Assembly (NCBI GenBank): GCA_033442325.1
Contig: JAWQFM010000023.1
Coordinates: 62,001 to 126,000, forward strand
DNA: 64,000 nt
Source: Salpingoeca rosetta
Lineage: Eukaryota > Protista > Choanoflagellata
Direction of reading: 5' to 3'
The stretch's first letter is position 1; the number at the start of each line of letters is the position of its first letter. Of the stretch, positions 61,719-64,000 are shown piece after piece. The position numbers were made by a program, and so were the translations under genes. Under the pieces are notes generated by a model, which did not search any database, was not told where the DNA came from, and saw nothing but the letters and a program-made list of their open reading frames with translations.

Positions 61719-64000
61719 ACGTTGACATGCGAGTGCCAGCAAGCATTTGGAGATGAGTGCTTGACATGCCACGATTTGCAACAGCAGACACGCCAAGTCC
61801 CCCTGACCCAACTCCTCATACCTTGGCTTCATTGCAATCTCTCCCCCCCCCCTCTCTCTCTCTCTCTTACCTTGGAAAGGCATCACGCGATTGCATCATA
61901 CGGGTGCACTGCGACACGAATCGGCCGTCAACGAGACTGTCACTGAGGTCGTCCAAGCGTTTTCGCTCCACAAGGACAGGCAGCATCGACTCGCCGCCAT
62001 CTTGCCCACGGTACTTCCACCTGCACCGCGCACGCACGGGGTGCACGCAGTCAACAGCGACAGCACAAGGCACAGCAGGCAAATTGTGTGTGTGTGTGTG
62101 TGTGTGTGGTGACACGACATGTTTGTGAGACAAACGACACATAAATTGAAACAACGCTGTCACACCATGGCATGTCGAGACAATCCTCTTTGCTCTATCC
62201 CCTTCACCCCTCTCTCCCCTCCACCACCGCCCTACCCGTAGTCGCCGAGTGCCAGTGCCTCCGTTCTAAACGTGACGCCGGTGCGATCCAGCGCTGCGCA
62301 CATCTCCTTCAGCAGGTGGTACCGCCCACCGCCCTCGCGCGAGTCGACCAGCAGCACAACGGCAGGGCGCCGCTGGGGCGTGTCGTTGCCGTGGAGGTGG
62401 CCTCGGGGCTGGCGTGACGGCGGGATTGAACGGTGGGCAGATGAGTGGACGGGGGTGCTTGCGGTGTCGCCAGGAGTGGATGTGCGGTCGGACGTGGTGG
62501 TGGCGGCGGAAGCTGCGGTTGAGTGGGGCGACACGATGGAGGACTGGCCCGCAGTGCGTGTGCGAAGATGTCTGAGTTTCTCGCGTAAGGCCGTGGCGCT
62601 AATGGAGGTGTTATCAGAACGAGATCAGGCGGATTGAGGCACGAAATGAGATGGGAATCGTACTTGATTCGCGTGTACAGAGCTGCCCAATTTGCAGAAC
62701 AGAGAGAGAGAGAGACGCTCTTGTGTGGCACCGATCATCAGATATTCTGTTCGCACAATTATCACCACCATCAATCACTCAATTTCAAACACTCAATCAC
62801 CATCAAACACTCAATCACCATCAATCACTCAATCACCATCAATCACTCAATCACTCATCGTCACTTTCCACAGCACAGCTGGTTACCCGAGCAATTGCGT
62901 GGTGTAGACACCCTTTGCGTTGAGCACGCGCGTACCCCGCATTCCAAGCTCCGTCAAGTGATACACGGGTTGGCTGCGCCGCTGCCGTCGCTTCACATAT
63001 CCCATCGACACGAGATTGTCCAGCCGCCGCAGCGCCTGGAAGGAGTGAATGTGTGAATGTGCACGTGCGAATGTGCGAACGTGAACGCAGAGCGGTTGTG
63101 TATGCGTATGTATGTATAAATGTGTTTGTGTGACTGCATTTGAATGGAAACTAGAGGGTGAGCTAGAGTCAACGCATTGAAGATTACTATCACTCCCTTT
63201 ATGACAGGGGCGACAGTCACAATCTGAGACAAGGGGAGGACTGTACCGTGGATGCTGTGAGCAACGCATCGTCTTGGGTCGGATCACTCCGCTTTGCACG
63301 CTGCACACATGCACACACACACATGCAGGTGCAATGGAGATGAGTTGACGTGTAAGACAGAACACTCACATGCACACACGCACACACGCACACATGCACA
63401 CATGCCCACATGCACACAGACATACATACAGACATGTAGTGCCATACGGCAACCGCAACACACGCAGTCCATTGCAGCTTTCCGGGCACCTTGGCTGGGA
63501 GTTGCGTAATGTTCGGCAGTTGCGTGAGATCTGGCATGTGCTCGTCGCACAACGGTGCTGCGCGTCGCACAATCTCTTTGACGGGCACCAGCACTGTGTC
63601 CCCTGTCGACACACAAACGTGCACGCAGGAGCATATGCATGGATGTATGTGTGTGTGTGTGTGTGTCGTATGTACATTTGTTGCACATTAGATCAGCTGT
63701 GCTTTGCTCGATCAACCAAGTATACATTTGGCTGTGTAGCAGAGGCAGTGCAAGTGCGAGTCCTTGATGCAATCGCACCTTCGACAATGTAGTTGGCGTC
63801 TTCATCTGTCCCTGCAATCCCTTCCTCCTGCGCCTCCAACAGCGCAACCAGCATTGCTGGAGCCGCCAGCACAAACGGCTTGTCGTCACTTGAAGGCGGC
63901 TTGTACTTGCGCTTCTTCAGCTGACCCTTGGCCACAGATACCCCTGTCGTTTGTGCGTGTGCGTGCGTGTGTGTGTGTGTGTGTGTGAGTGTGTGTATGT
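60598..64000 (-). CDS. MUS81: MUS81-like XPF/ERCC4 structure-specific endonuclease, 5' end beyond window
   Basis: Winged-helix-like exons (YKP...AMLVALL, IVRRAAPLCD, LVSMGYV...VYHLTELG); nuclease VVLLVDSRE, LALGDY, VERKRLDDLSDSLVDGRF, YIVEG, FTVHRT. Stop at 60598. Confidence 0.85.
62760..62860. repeat. 18-bp tandem repeat (tcaatcaccatcaa[a/t]cac) in a MUS81 intron
   Basis: Four to five imperfect copies seen directly. Confidence 0.8.

Overview
Gene-dense, intron-rich eukaryotic DNA whose introns are packed with (CA)n/(TG)n microsatellites. This style, together with the gene content, suggests a choanoflagellate such as Salpingoeca rosetta (inference only). Nearly all short ORFs in the supplied track are repeat artefacts, so genes were reconstructed by manual splicing and all family assignments rest on recalled motifs, not database searches. 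About 14 genes are supported, in order: S9 serine peptidase (-), intronless DFR/CCR-like reductase (+), Rab GTPase (+, 3' half missing), deoxyhypusine synthase (-, 3' part missing), COX11 (+), ZNF598/Hel2 (+), cyclin H (-), DCAF15-like (-), an orphan protein (+), a GRTP1-like TBC RabGAP (-), a coiled-coil protein with a C-terminal IRS/Dok-type PTB domain (+), MIS18BP1/KNL2 (-), CFAP46 (+) and a MUS81-like nuclease (-, 5' end outside the window). Main leads: (1) repeat polarity in introns, TG near donors and CA near acceptors that lack polypyrimidine tracts; (2) the coiled-coil plus IRS-PTB architecture; (3) a complete KNL2 with SANTA, CENP-C-like motif, SANT and an H3-tail-like QTARKS; (4) two convergent genes both truncated at a single CA tract; (5) a MUS81-like protein apparently lacking its C-terminal HhH pair. 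No CRISPR array, rRNA, tRNA or transposase was recognised.
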